Shown here one piece after another: positions 50,276 to 60,325 of a stretch of 64,000 nucleotides of DNA. Position numbers and translations under genes: made by a program. Below the pieces are notes generated by a model. It was not told the DNA's origin. It ran no database searches and saw only the letters and a program-made list of their open reading frames with translations. The stretch spans positions 7,621 through 71,620 of IMG/VR virus record IMGVR_UViG_3300006793_000023. One strand, given 5' to 3'. Positions within the stretch are counted from its first letter, which is position 1. Each line of letters starts with the position of its first letter. Source of the DNA: a virus.

Positions 50276-50933
50276 TAGTGAAGATATCTTTTCGTTAATT
50301 AAAGATAAAGATATATCAATTGTTGGTTCATCTCCTGAACTCAAAGGTAGTGGATTAGGATCCAAAATAGATTCTAATGATATAGTAGTAAGATTTAACG
50401 ATGCATTATTATTTTACAAAGATAATAAAGAAGACTACGGAAGTAAGTGTAACATATATGCAACATCTGGTTGGAGTCCCGATTTTAATGAAACTAATTC
50501 GTTAGACAAACATAAAAGCAATATAGACTTAAATAGTACATATATTCTTGGAACAAGACCTTTAGATAATAGTAATGTAGAACAACTTAAGAGAGGGTTA
50601 ATAATGAGAGGACCGGTATTTAACTGGGTAAGTCAAGTTGAATGTAACTTCATCAGTATGCCTAATGAGGTATTTAATTTACCTATTTTAAACGGTAATT
50701 TTAATTTAAGTAGTGGAATAGCAACTTTACTTCTTATATTACATTTTAATCCAAAAAGTATTTCAATGTTTGGGTTTAACTTTTTTAATCATAAAAAACC
50801 AACTCACTTCTGGAATAATGATTTTTTCTATACAGAAGATTCTGTAAGAAAAAAAGAAGGTCATGATGGTAGTTTTGAAAAAGGGTTAGTAGTAGAATTA
50901 TGTAAAAACTTTAATATTAAAGTACATGAATAA
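50262..50933 (+). CDS. GT29 sialyltransferase-like protein
   Basis: Sialyl-motif-L-like SIVGSS..L.GSGLG.KIDS.D.VVRFN...DYGSK, plus SSG, FGF.F and terminal H....E. Confidence 0.7.
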   Translation: MKIISSEDIFSLIKDKDISIVGSSPELKGSGLGSKIDSNDIVVRFNDALLFYKDNKEDYGSKCNIYATSGWSPDFNETNSLDKHKSNIDLNSTYILGTRPLDNSNVEQLKRGLIMRGPVFNWVSQVECNFISMPNEVFNLPILNGNFNLSSGIATLLLILHFNPKSISMFGFNFFNHKKPTHFWNNDFFYTEDSVRKKEGHDGSFEKGLVVELCKNFNIKVHE

Positions 50934-52095
50934 TAAAATTACATTTGTTATACCTTCAAGAAATAACTTAGAATTCTTGCAGTTAGCATATAAATCTATC
51001 CGTAACTTGGAAATAAAACACGAAGTACTAATCTTAAACGATGCTTCTACAGACGGTACACAAGAATGGATAGAACAGCAAAAAGACGAAGACCTCATCA
51101 CTTATAACAATCCAGGCCCTGAACGTATAGGAATCGTAGGTATGTTTGATAAAGGAATCGAAATGGCACGTACAGATATAATTATGGCGTTTCATGCCGA
51201 TATGGTTGCATGTAAGGATTTCGATAAAAATATTCTAAAACATTTAGATAAAGGAAAGGTAGTTACAGGTACAAGAGTAGAACCACCTCTACACCCAGAC
51301 GGTCCAGAAAAACTTTTACTTAATTTTGGAATAGAAGCAAACGAGTTTAATTTTGATATTTGGTACAAAGAAAGTGAAAAAGTAAAAGAAGATAAAACAA
51401 CTGAAGGGATCTTTGCACCTTGGTGTATGTATAAAGAAGACTTCTTAGCTATAGGTGGTCATGACGAATTATTTGCTCCACAATCAAAAGAAGATTCAGA
51501 CTTATTCAATAGATTTCAACTTAACGGATATAAATTTATACAACCCTGGGATGCTTTAGTTTATCATTTTACTTCTAGAGGTTCAAGATTTAATAAACAT
51601 GCAGGAGGAAGCGCAGGAAAGAACTCAAATGAGTGGATTCAAACTACAACTAAAAATGGTAGAAACTTTATTCGTAAGTGGGGACATTTTATTAAACATA
51701 CTCCGTTAATGAAGCCTATCATACCTCCTAAATACGATATTGGGTTTATTGTTAAAAATTGTAATTCAAATTTATTAGAACTTTTAGAGCCATGGTGTAA
51801 TAACATATACATTGAAGACGAAATGCAAGTTATTACTATAGATTATTTTGAAAAAGAAAAAAATAATACTCTATATGATTTAAGTGAGAGAATCAAACCA
51901 TACGATAACGAAAAACAAAATGAAATTTTAGTACGGTTGGATGCAGCATCGTTTACTCAAGCTGACTTTCAAATTATACAACAACTTTCAGAGATAATAA
52001 AAGATAGCGGTCAAATCGGTTCATTTAAATTAGGAAACTTTATAGTAGATATAATACAGATGAATGAATATCAAAACAATTTAATTAAAGTATGA
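50926..52095 (+). CDS. GT2 glycosyltransferase
   Basis: TFVIP.RN, LNDASTDGT, HAD, GG.DE.F and ED.D motifs. Confidence 0.85.
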   Translation: MNNKITFVIPSRNNLEFLQLAYKSIRNLEIKHEVLILNDASTDGTQEWIEQQKDEDLITYNNPGPERIGIVGMFDKGIEMARTDIIMAFHADMVACKDFDKNILKHLDKGKVVTGTRVEPPLHPDGPEKLLLNFGIEANEFNFDIWYKESEKVKEDKTTEGIFAPWCMYKEDFLAIGGHDELFAPQSKEDSDLFNRFQLNGYKFIQPWDALVYHFTSRGSRFNKHAGGSAGKNSNEWIQTTTKNGRNFIRKWGHFIKHTPLMKPIIPPKYDIGFIVKNCNSNLLELLEPWCNNIYIEDEMQVITIDYFEKEKNNTLYDLSERIKPYDNEKQNEILVRLDAASFTQADFQIIQQLSEIIKDSGQIGSFKLGNFIVDIIQMNEYQNNLIKV

Positions 52096-52994
52096 AAAAA
52101 GCAGCAGTTATAGGAGGAGCAGGATTTATAGGCTCTAATATAGTAAATACCCTAGTTAGTAGAGGTATAGACGTATCAGTAATAGATAATTTATCAACAG
52201 GTTTAGAAGAGAATATAAACAGCAAAGCTATTTTTCATAAACTAGATATAAGTACAGCTCACCAAAAAGAACTGATAGGTGCAATAACAGACTGTGAAGT
52301 AGTATTCCATACAGCAGCCTTAGCAAGAGTACAGCCATCGATAGAAAATCCTGTAGAGTTTGATAAAGTAAACACGAACGGAACTGTAAACTTACTTAAA
52401 GCATGTGTAGAATCTGGAGTCAAAAGAGTAGTATACAGTGCAAGCAGTTCCTGTTACGGAAACGCAGAGATATTCCCTACACCTGAGTCTCATCCAACTA
52501 ATCCACTATCTCCTTACGGCCTTCAAAAATATATCGGTGAACAATATTGTAAAATGTTTTCTCAAGTTTACGGAATTGATACTGTATCTTTAAGATACTT
52601 TAATGTTTATGGAGAAAATATGACAATGGAAGGAGCATATAAATTAGCTATTTCTATATTTGCTAATCAACATAAGCAAGGATTACCTCTTACTATTACT
52701 AATGATGGTAACCAAAGAAGAGATTTTACATATGTCGGGGATGTAGTAGATGCAAATATACTTGCAGCCACAAACACATCAGACCTCAAAGGAGAAAGTT
52801 TTAATATTGGAAACGGAGATAACTACTCTATTAATGAAGTAGCAGATATCTTTGGAGGTAAGAAAGATTACTTTAAAAAAGTATTAGAGCCTTTCGAAAC
52901 ACTGGCAGATAATTCTAAAGCTAAAAGAGTACTGGGATGGAATCCAAAAGGAGATTTAAAAAAATGGTTAACTAATTATATAAAAACACTATAA
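52092..52994 (+). CDS. NAD-dependent nucleotide-sugar epimerase/dehydratase
   Basis: GGAGFIGS, YGLQK (YxxxK), LRYFNVYG and RDFTYV motifs. Confidence 0.93.
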   Translation: MKKAAVIGGAGFIGSNIVNTLVSRGIDVSVIDNLSTGLEENINSKAIFHKLDISTAHQKELIGAITDCEVVFHTAALARVQPSIENPVEFDKVNTNGTVNLLKACVESGVKRVVYSASSSCYGNAEIFPTPESHPTNPLSPYGLQKYIGEQYCKMFSQVYGIDTVSLRYFNVYGENMTMEGAYKLAISIFANQHKQGLPLTITNDGNQRRDFTYVGDVVDANILAATNTSDLKGESFNIGNGDNYSINEVADIFGGKKDYFKKVLEPFETLADNSKAKRVLGWNPKGDLKKWLTNYIKTL

Positions 52995-53225
52995 AATGAA
53001 AAAAACATACTTAGTAGAATTTAAAGAAGCTAACGGTTCTACATACGAATTCGAGTTTCTAACAGATGATATCGATTCTTCAATAGAACAATACTGTAGA
53101 AATAGACACATCGTTAGCCATAAGGTAATAAACGAAGGAGCTGGTGGTAAAAAACAAATGTTGTTTGGATAAAATAACCAGCTATTTATTAGTATACTAC
53201 AATAATTTTTCTTATATTAATACAA

Positions 53226-53612
53226 ATGAAAGCAGATAAAAAATTTATATTAGAAGCTGTAAAACAGGTTATCGCAGAAGCAGCAAAAATTAAGTTTGCC
53301 GGGCATCAATTTATGCTTAAGGTAGATGTTAATGAAGATCCTCAAAAGAAAGGATTAAAGATTCAATTTATACCAACTACATTCGGACAGTTATCTAAAA
53401 CTGAGCAAAATGATATAGCTATAGAACTAGAAACTAGATTAGAAGCAGGATTAGATCAGTACGATATGAGAGTTGAAAGAGATAGAAATTTAAAAGATAA
53501 AACAATCATCGGGTTCTTTGTATATATAGAGTATTTTGATAAATTAGTTAGAAAAGCTTTATCAGGACAGAATCCATCTAAAGTAGATAGTGTAGATAAT
53601 GGCGAAATATAG
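53226..53612 (+). CDS. hypothetical protein
   Basis: 128-aa ORF downstream of a CTATTTAT motif. Confidence 0.55.
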   Translation: MKADKKFILEAVKQVIAEAAKIKFAGHQFMLKVDVNEDPQKKGLKIQFIPTTFGQLSKTEQNDIAIELETRLEAGLDQYDMRVERDRNLKDKTIIGFFVYIEYFDKLVRKALSGQNPSKVDSVDNGEI

Positions 53613-53731
53613 TTTTCATTCAAAGAATTCTAAGGAGAGTTTAAAAGTAATTAATGCTAACAGTAAAGCAGAAGCTGTAAAATATTTTGCTAAATTAAAA
53701 GTTTTACCGGAAGATAAATTTTTAGAACTAT

Positions 53732-54136
53732 ATGAAGTCACAAAAGGAAGATATTAGAACTATACTAAAATCAAGACTCAATATTAGTTATAGAATTAAA
53801 ATCAAACAACCTGACCGGGAAACTATGAATAAAAAGATCTTTATAAAAGTTATCAACCAGCTTAGAAAGATTGAAGAAAGAAAAGACTTTTTAGCTGAAG
53901 AAATAGGGATGGATATGACAGTTTATGAAGATCAATTCTTCAGTGTTATAGAAAACTTATTTAAACTAGCATTTAATAAATCACAATTAGGCTTAATACA
54001 GATGTACCTTTACCAGCTCGTACCTGATAAAGATTGGGATGGAACCATTACAATAGAACACGATAAATTAGAGAAAACAGTTCCATTTAAGTCTGCAGAC
54101 GAAGTTTGGGAAGTTATAAAAAAGTTTAATAAATAG
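53732..54136 (+). CDS. hypothetical protein
   Basis: 134-aa ORF. Confidence 0.55.
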   Translation: MKSQKEDIRTILKSRLNISYRIKIKQPDRETMNKKIFIKVINQLRKIEERKDFLAEEIGMDMTVYEDQFFSVIENLFKLAFNKSQLGLIQMYLYQLVPDKDWDGTITIEHDKLEKTVPFKSADEVWEVIKKFNK

Positions 54137-54194
54137 TTGCTATAACATATATTATTTCGTATATTAAGTTATTGTTAATTTAAAAGGTTATATT

Positions 54195-54524
54195 ATGAAT
54201 TTAAAAATGATTAAATGCCCCAAGTGCGGCGAAGATTTCCCAGAACTTAGAAAAACTAAATACGGATATAACTTCTGTGTAAATTGTTCAACTGTTGAGC
54301 CTGTTGTAGGTATTACTACTGTTGAGGGTTCTGGTGATCATACTTTCAACGATCTAATTATTATGGATCAAAGTAAAGCTAAAGCAATAGCAGAAAAAGA
54401 AGCTGAGCTTACTGGTAAGAGAGTATATATAGAAATGTTAGATTTAGATAAAGACGAATTCGCTGTATCTCAATCAGTGAAAGAAGAAGTGGATAAGGCT
54501 TTAGATGATGAAACAGAACATTAG
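54195..54524 (+). CDS. C4 zinc-finger protein (TraR/DksA-like finger)
   Basis: CPKC..P..R...CVNCS. Confidence 0.6.
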   Translation: MNLKMIKCPKCGEDFPELRKTKYGYNFCVNCSTVEPVVGITTVEGSGDHTFNDLIIMDQSKAKAIAEKEAELTGKRVYIEMLDLDKDEFAVSQSVKEEVDKALDDETEH

Positions 54525-54918
54525 TATGAAGTTTGCATTAATAGCACATGATAATAAGAAAGCAGATATGGTTGCTTTTGTTTCTAAACGCTTACCATTT
54601 TTCAATAGAGAAGATGTTAACATAGTTACTACAGGTACAACTGGTAAAAAAGTTAAACATGCCGGTATTGAAGATGTAGAAACAGTAAATTCCGGCCCGA
54701 TAGGAGGAGATGCTGAAATAGCTGCAATGGTAGTTAGAGGGGAAATAACCGCAGTGTTGTTTATGAGGGACCCGCTAGATAAGCACCCCCATGATGTTGA
54801 CATAAATATGTTAATGAGACTCTGTGATGTCCACGATGTTCCCCTCGCTACTAATTACCGTACAGCTTCTATCTTAATAAAATGGTTTAAAAACAAGTTT
54901 AATGGGCCGTCCAGCTAA
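54505..54918 (+). CDS. mgsA: methylglyoxal synthase
   Basis: ALIAHD.KK, TGTTG, SGP.GGD, DPL..HPHD.D and PLATN motifs; the start may be 54526. Confidence 0.93.
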   Translation: MMKQNISMKFALIAHDNKKADMVAFVSKRLPFFNREDVNIVTTGTTGKKVKHAGIEDVETVNSGPIGGDAEIAAMVVRGEITAVLFMRDPLDKHPHDVDINMLMRLCDVHDVPLATNYRTASILIKWFKNKFNGPSS

Positions 54919-55537
54919 GATACTAAAAAAAGAAGACATTCAAAGAGCTATGAAAATGACTCGTTCTAATCGAGCTGCTGCTAGATATCTTCATGTATCT
55001 TTCACTCACTACAAAAAGTACGCTAAGACGTATAAAGACGAAGAGACTGGCTCAACTTTATACGAGTTGCATAAAAACCAAGCAGGTAAAGGTATTCCTA
55101 AATTTCTTTCCAATGGAGGTAAAGAGCCTCCTATAATGGATTTAATTGAAGGAAGAGTACCTGTAGAGCATTTTGATCCTAAAAAAATTAAACAGAGATT
55201 AATATTTGAAGCTCTTATAGAAGAAAAATGTGCCTATTGCGGATTCTCAGAAAGAAGGGTACTAGATACTAAAGTACCTCTAGTTCTTAACCATAAGGAC
55301 GGAAATAAGAAAAATTGGAACTTAGATAATATAGAGTTTTTATGTTACAATCATGCATTTTTATATGCTACTTCTCCTATTACTGATAAGCAGGTAGAAG
55401 CTATGGAGGATTATGTTGATAGAAATGTAGAGGAGGTGAATTGGGAGCTTGATGAGCATCATATAGAGCATCTTAAAGAGTTAGGGTTATATCAAGAAGA
55501 AGAAAAACCAGGTGAAAAGTATATATCAAGACAATGA
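54902..55537 (+). CDS. HTH plus HNH-like domain protein
   Basis: AAARYL.VS HTH; CAYC...HKDGN..N...N...LC.N HNH-like motif. Confidence 0.65.
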   Translation: MGRPAKILKKEDIQRAMKMTRSNRAAARYLHVSFTHYKKYAKTYKDEETGSTLYELHKNQAGKGIPKFLSNGGKEPPIMDLIEGRVPVEHFDPKKIKQRLIFEALIEEKCAYCGFSERRVLDTKVPLVLNHKDGNKKNWNLDNIEFLCYNHAFLYATSPITDKQVEAMEDYVDRNVEEVNWELDEHHIEHLKELGLYQEEEKPGEKYISRQ

Positions 55538-55899
55538 GTCAAATAGAAGAATTAACGTATAGTGCAGAGCTTCACGGTAAAAAGAGTGAATTTATAAGAG
55601 TAGTAAATAAGTTTATAGAAGAAGAGCCTAATGAGTATTTAGATTCTATTTATATAAGAGCATATCAAATAGTAATGAACACTTAGATGAAAAAAAATAA
55701 AAAAATAAATAAATTCTCTACCTTCAAAAAGAAAAAACCTCTAGAAAGAAAAGTAGCTGATGATCTGGTGAAGAAATCAGAGCAGAACGAAAAGCTAAGA
55801 GAGAAAAATATAGGTACATCTTTTTTAGATTTATTTTAAAAAAGAGTTGCCTAACTGAGTTTTTTTTCTTATATTTAATTATATATAAAAATAAAGGTT

Positions 55900-56082
55900 A
55901 TGTTTAAAAAATTAAAATCAAATTTACTTACTTATTTATTTAAGGATTGGGTTAGTACTGAAACCGATTTAGAAACTCTTCATATTACTAAAAGTATGAT
56001 AAATAGAAGAGAGAATATTTTAATAGAAGATGTTAATACACCTAGAACTATAGTAAAAGGATTTAGAGGATTTAAAAAATAA
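55900..56082 (+). CDS. hypothetical early protein
   Basis: Follows a promoter; AAAGGTT-ATG start context. Confidence 0.55.
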   Translation: MFKKLKSNLLTYLFKDWVSTETDLETLHITKSMINRRENILIEDVNTPRTIVKGFRGFKK

Positions 56083-56087
56083 AGGTT

Positions 56088-56348
56088 ATGAGATTTAAAA
56101 ATTTAGGATTTATTCAGCATCCACATATTAAAGATTCTATTATGACTCAGGTATTTACTGACAGCGGTAAACGCGTATCTATAGTATGCGGTAAAGGATT
56201 GTACAGTTCATCTAGGGATGGTAATAAAGCTGAGTGTCAAAGAGTAGAAGATGCAGTGTCTTTTGAAGTACTTATTGAAGGAGAAGATGATATAAGAGGA
56301 TGGCAATCAAGAGAAGATATAGATAAACTTTTAGCAGAGCTCTTTTAA
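56088..56348 (+). CDS. hypothetical early protein
   Basis: AAAGGTT-ATG start context. Confidence 0.55.
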   Translation: MRFKNLGFIQHPHIKDSIMTQVFTDSGKRVSIVCGKGLYSSSRDGNKAECQRVEDAVSFEVLIEGEDDIRGWQSREDIDKLLAELF

Positions 56349-56349
56349 A

Positions 56350-56673
56350 ATGTCTGAGAAAAAAGGAGAAACGGTAAAGCTTATTAACGACTTTAATACA
56401 GCTGGATTACTAGAAGTATATATGACTAAATTAGGAGATTGGTATAGAGCTACTTCTAGAGAATTTAGGTCGTTTGACGGTAAGAGAAGAATAACCGAAC
56501 CTACTAAAGTAGAATTAGGTAATGTTATAGTTCCTATGAGAACTTATGAATATAATGGACCAGTCTATATGTTTGGTACGAATAATGAAGTAGAAACTGC
56601 TGATGAGGGTAAAATAGTTACTAGCCCTTATTGGGATAAAGCAAGAGGAAATACAGAAAATAGAGGAGTATGA
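56350..56673 (+). CDS. hypothetical protein
   Basis: ORF in the operon. Confidence 0.55.
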   Translation: MSEKKGETVKLINDFNTAGLLEVYMTKLGDWYRATSREFRSFDGKRRITEPTKVELGNVIVPMRTYEYNGPVYMFGTNNEVETADEGKIVTSPYWDKARGNTENRGV

Positions 56674-56972
56674 AAAAATTACATTTTGAAAATACAGATG
56701 AATTCGAAAGAGTATTTAAAGCTACTGATGAAGAAGTAACTGATGCTATGGTAGAAGGAATACAGGAAGCATTTACTTATCATAAAAAATCAGCTGAGTT
56801 ATTTGAAATTACCTTTGAAGATGCTGATCTAGTTTATGAAATTACTCTTCCGTCTACTCAATGGGAGTTAGCTTTAGAAACTTGTCTTAATCATTATAGA
56901 GATTTAGAAGCATCAGACAAAGCTATTGATACATACTTATTACAGAAAGATATTAGAAAATGGTTAAGCTAA
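56670..56972 (+). CDS. hypothetical protein
   Basis: ATGA overlap with the upstream gene. Confidence 0.55.
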   Translation: MKKLHFENTDEFERVFKATDEEVTDAMVEGIQEAFTYHKKSAELFEITFEDADLVYEITLPSTQWELALETCLNHYRDLEASDKAIDTYLLQKDIRKWLS

Positions 56973-57148
56973 TCTTCCTTGATGGAGAATATTATCAACT
57001 TGTTAGGGATATTAAAGTCGAACAGGTTATGGGGAATATGGACGGGCTAAAAGCTTGGAGAGATATGCTTCACTGTGATCATGTTTTAAAATACCAAGGA
57101 AAGTACCTTATGGTACGAAGAGTATTAGATGCAGAAATAATAGAATAA
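56960..57148 (+). CDS. hypothetical protein
   Basis: ORF in the operon. Confidence 0.5.
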   Translation: MVKLIFLDGEYYQLVRDIKVEQVMGNMDGLKAWRDMLHCDHVLKYQGKYLMVRRVLDAEIIE

Positions 57149-57225
57149 TTTAAAAAAAAGTTAGTGAGGTAGTTGCTTCTTAAGATATTATTTCTTATAT
57201 TTAAGTAACTTAAAAAATAAAGGTT

Positions 57226-57411
57226 ATGATATTAAGTGAAAAAAAAGTTGGTGATGAGTTTTACATGGATGGATTAAGCTATCCATATAACAACCCAGTA
57301 AAAACTAAGTGTACTCTCATTGAATATAAAGGTATGAATCAATACGTTATCGATTCGGAGAACTGTTTGGTTTTAGTTGATGGTAATAATAAAGTATATA
57401 ATTTAAAATAA
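57226..57411 (+). CDS. hypothetical early protein
   Basis: Promoter plus AAAGGTT-ATG start context. Confidence 0.55.
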   Translation: MILSEKKVGDEFYMDGLSYPYNNPVKTKCTLIEYKGMNQYVIDSENCLVLVDGNNKVYNLK

Positions 57412-57416
57412 AGGTT

Positions 57417-57647
57417 ATGTTTAGAATAGAATTAGATAGAGAAATGGCCTGGGTTACTTTCCTAGGAGATGGATTTGAAACGGTTTGGCACCCAGTAACA
57501 GATGCTTCCGGAAAGCAGTTAATGTGGTCAGAAGATATTATGGATTTCTGTAGAGCACAATTTAACGTAAAAGAATGTTGGGTTTCTTTTGGAATTGCTC
57601 CTACTAGTCAGATGCTAGTAAAAAACTCAGTAAGAGATAACATGTAA
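57417..57647 (+). CDS. hypothetical early protein
   Basis: AAAGGTT-ATG start context. Confidence 0.55.
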   Translation: MFRIELDREMAWVTFLGDGFETVWHPVTDASGKQLMWSEDIMDFCRAQFNVKECWVSFGIAPTSQMLVKNSVRDNM

Positions 57648-57648
57648 A

Positions 57649-57962
57649 ATAGTTGCTAGTTACAATTATATTTCTTATATTATAGTATATTAATAGTTAA
57701 AATAAAGGTTATGACAGTGTTACAAAGTTTAGACAGATTAGAAGTAAATTACATTAAGCATATGGAAAAATACAACGGCTATAAAGATGCCGGGTATGTA
57801 TGGTGGGAAAGAATTAAAGATTGTCAAAAATGGTGTAATAAAGAAAAGACATACGTACCTATGAGTAATACTGAGACATTAAAGATAATGAGGGAATGGG
57901 TAAAAAAACAGAAATCTTTTGATATAGTATAGTTGCTAGTTACAATTATATTTCGTATATTA
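57649..57962 (+). repeat. 34-bp direct repeat of a promoter (57649-57682 and 57929-57962) flanking one gene
   Basis: ATAGTTGCTAGTTACAATTATATTTC(T/G)TATATTA, one mismatch, 280 bp apart. Confidence 0.85.
57711..57932 (+). CDS. hypothetical early protein
   Basis: Lies between the duplicated promoters. Confidence 0.55.
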   Translation: MTVLQSLDRLEVNYIKHMEKYNGYKDAGYVWWERIKDCQKWCNKEKTYVPMSNTETLKIMREWVKKQKSFDIV

Positions 57963-57993
57963 AAGTATAAATATTAATTTTAAATAAAAGGTT

Positions 57994-58845
57994 ATGGCAG
58001 ATTTAGTGCAAAGTTTTAATAAAGGTTTAGATTCTTACCTTACAAAGGATCAGTTAAAAGAATTATGTCCTGTAGCGTTTAAAGACGCTCCTACTAATCC
58101 TAAGGTTACAGATAAGTATTTATTTGTTAATACAGAGACGATTGTAGATGATTTAGATAAGCTTGGATGGAAACCAGTATCAGCTGCTATGCGTAAGAGT
58201 AGAGGTAAGAATACTATTTTTTCTAAGCATATGGTTACCTTTCAAAATCCGGAGATTAAAATTACTTCTAAGGACGGAGATAATGCTTTTCCTCGTATTA
58301 TTATGACTAATAGTCATGATGGACTTCAAGCATTTAAATTTTCTGTTGGTATTTTTAGATTAGTTTGTTCTAATGGATTAGTTGTAGCTGATGAGAAGTT
58401 CTCTGATTTTAAAATACGTCATAAAGGTTATACGTTCGCCGAGCTTAGAGACGTTGTAGCACAGGCAGTTAAAGACCTTCCTAATAAAGTAGAGGTTTTA
58501 AATAAAATGAGAAATAAAATACTTACTCAAGATGAAAAGCAAAAACTTGCTCTCGATGCTATGCTTATCAGAGCTGGCATTACTCCTGATTCGGATAAAG
58601 CGAAGAAGTTTAAATATGATGAAGAAACTATCGAAGATATTCTAGAACCTAAAAGAAACGAGGATAAAGGAGATGATCTTTGGAAAGTATTTAACGTAAT
58701 TCAGGAAAAGATTACTCAAGGAGAATTTCATGCAGCTTTAAAAGGTGCTAATACTAAAGTACGTAAGGTGCGTAAGATCAAATCTTTTGAAAAAGATCTT
58801 CAGGTTAATAAAGAGTTATTCAAATTAGCTACTGCTCTAGTATGA
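57994..58845 (+). CDS. DUF932/DUF945-family protein
   Basis: NSHDG...F.FS.G.FRLVCSNG, IRH.G and DLW.VFN.IQE motifs. Confidence 0.85.
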   Translation: MADLVQSFNKGLDSYLTKDQLKELCPVAFKDAPTNPKVTDKYLFVNTETIVDDLDKLGWKPVSAAMRKSRGKNTIFSKHMVTFQNPEIKITSKDGDNAFPRIIMTNSHDGLQAFKFSVGIFRLVCSNGLVVADEKFSDFKIRHKGYTFAELRDVVAQAVKDLPNKVEVLNKMRNKILTQDEKQKLALDAMLIRAGITPDSDKAKKFKYDEETIEDILEPKRNEDKGDDLWKVFNVIQEKITQGEFHAALKGANTKVRKVRKIKSFEKDLQVNKELFKLATALV

Positions 58846-59064
58846 TAGAAGTAGTTAAGCATATATTTGGGTTTTGTGGAGAGCATTGGCATCCTAATAT
58901 TTGGACTGCCTTTGCATCCTCTCCGTTAATAGCACCAGCTGTGTATTTTATTAAATGTAGATGTGGAGGCTGGTTTATGCATAAGAGAGATTGTAAAAAT
59001 AAAAGTTAGTTAAAAGTTGCTAACTAACTTATTTTTTCTTATATTTAATTAAATAATAAAGGTT

Positions 59065-59304
59065 ATGTGTAAATGTATTAAATGTAGAGAGGATATTAAT
59101 CCTTTAAGAGTAAAAGCTTTACCGGGAACTAAGACTTGTGTTAACTGCTCTACTACCTCTAGGTGGTATGTTAGGAATGTTATTTCCGGAAAGACTGAAT
59201 ATGCTGAAGCAGAAGTAATTAAAGATCCTATCGCTGCTAAAAGTATTAGAAATATGGATAAGAGATTAGGATGGGGTTCTAATTTAAATAAAGTAAGAAG
59301 ATAA
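59065..59304 (+). CDS. TraR/DksA-type C4 zinc-finger protein
   Basis: CIKC..I.P.R..ALP....CVNC. Confidence 0.7.
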   Translation: MCKCIKCREDINPLRVKALPGTKTCVNCSTTSRWYVRNVISGKTEYAEAEVIKDPIAAKSIRNMDKRLGWGSNLNKVRR

Positions 59305-59305
59305 A

Positions 59306-59494
59306 ATGGAAGAATTATTTTACATACCGTCATTGAGAGTAAATGCAAAAGTAGCAGATCTAGTTATAGAAGGTAATCATATAGAAATAGATGGTATTAC
59401 CTATCAGAGATTATCTCGTAAACCTAGAGGACGTTCTATAAAAAGAAAATTAAGTAGTATAAAAAGTAATACTAGGATACTAATATACAGTTAA
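59306..59494 (+). CDS. hypothetical protein
   Basis: 62-aa ORF. Confidence 0.45.
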   Translation: MEELFYIPSLRVNAKVADLVIEGNHIEIDGITYQRLSRKPRGRSIKRKLSSIKSNTRILIYS

Positions 59495-59547
59495 TAGTTG
59501 CCTAACTGAATTAATTTTCTTATATTTAAGTATAAAATAAAGGTTTT

Positions 59548-59952
59548 ATGGCATTATGGCAAGTAAAAGATGAAATAGTTTATTCTGACGGACCTCTATC
59601 TATCTCTGCAGAGGAGATGTCTGGAGTGTTTGTTAAGAGGCATTTCTATACTGTTCCTTATTCTAATGTAGGTAAAGGAGGTATAATGAAAAGAGCAGAT
59701 GGTAAACGATTTCATACTCCTTCTTGGACTGAAGTTCATCCGGAAACTACTCTCAAAGATATTATAGTAGAGAAGAAACCTTTCGAAGAGTTGTTTGTTG
59801 AACCTAAGAGCTGGTCATTTAAATCAGCTTCTTCAGATAAAGAATATACTGTTAAGCTTAAGAGGGATGGTAATCCTTATTGCGACTGCTGGGGATATAT
59901 GGCTCATAAGAAATGTAAGCATGTTAAACAAGTAAAAGAAGAATTATGTTAA
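59548..59952 (+). CDS. SWIM zinc-finger protein
   Basis: Y.V......CDC......CKH motif. Confidence 0.75.
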   Translation: MALWQVKDEIVYSDGPLSISAEEMSGVFVKRHFYTVPYSNVGKGGIMKRADGKRFHTPSWTEVHPETTLKDIIVEKKPFEELFVEPKSWSFKSASSDKEYTVKLKRDGNPYCDCWGYMAHKKCKHVKQVKEELC

Positions 59953-60134
59953 TATATTTTCTGTTAGGTGTTGGTTGGTCATGGTGGTTAGAATACTTTA
60001 CTACTTCTAATCTTGATGATGTATATGGGCAGCCATGGGTTTGGAGAGAGAGGTTATTTCATATCTCATTATGGCCTTGGAGTTTAGGTACATTTATTTA
60101 TGCAATGTATAAAGAGTATAAAAGAAGAAAATAA
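59946..60134 (+). CDS. small membrane protein
   Basis: Trp-rich hydrophobic ORF. Confidence 0.5.
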   Translation: MLIYFLLGVGWSWWLEYFTTSNLDDVYGQPWVWRERLFHISLWPWSLGTFIYAMYKEYKRRK

Positions 60135-60325
60135 AAATTTAAATAAATAAAATAAGTTATGAAACAATTTTTAAACAATTATTACCCAGTTATTATAGCA
60201 TTTATATGTATGTGCTACTCTATTGGATTAGGATTAGCTGGGATGACAGAAGAAGCACAGTATTCTGCTCATTGGCCTGGAACAATTTTATTATTTGCAA
60301 TAGCAATTAGACAAAGAAGACGATC

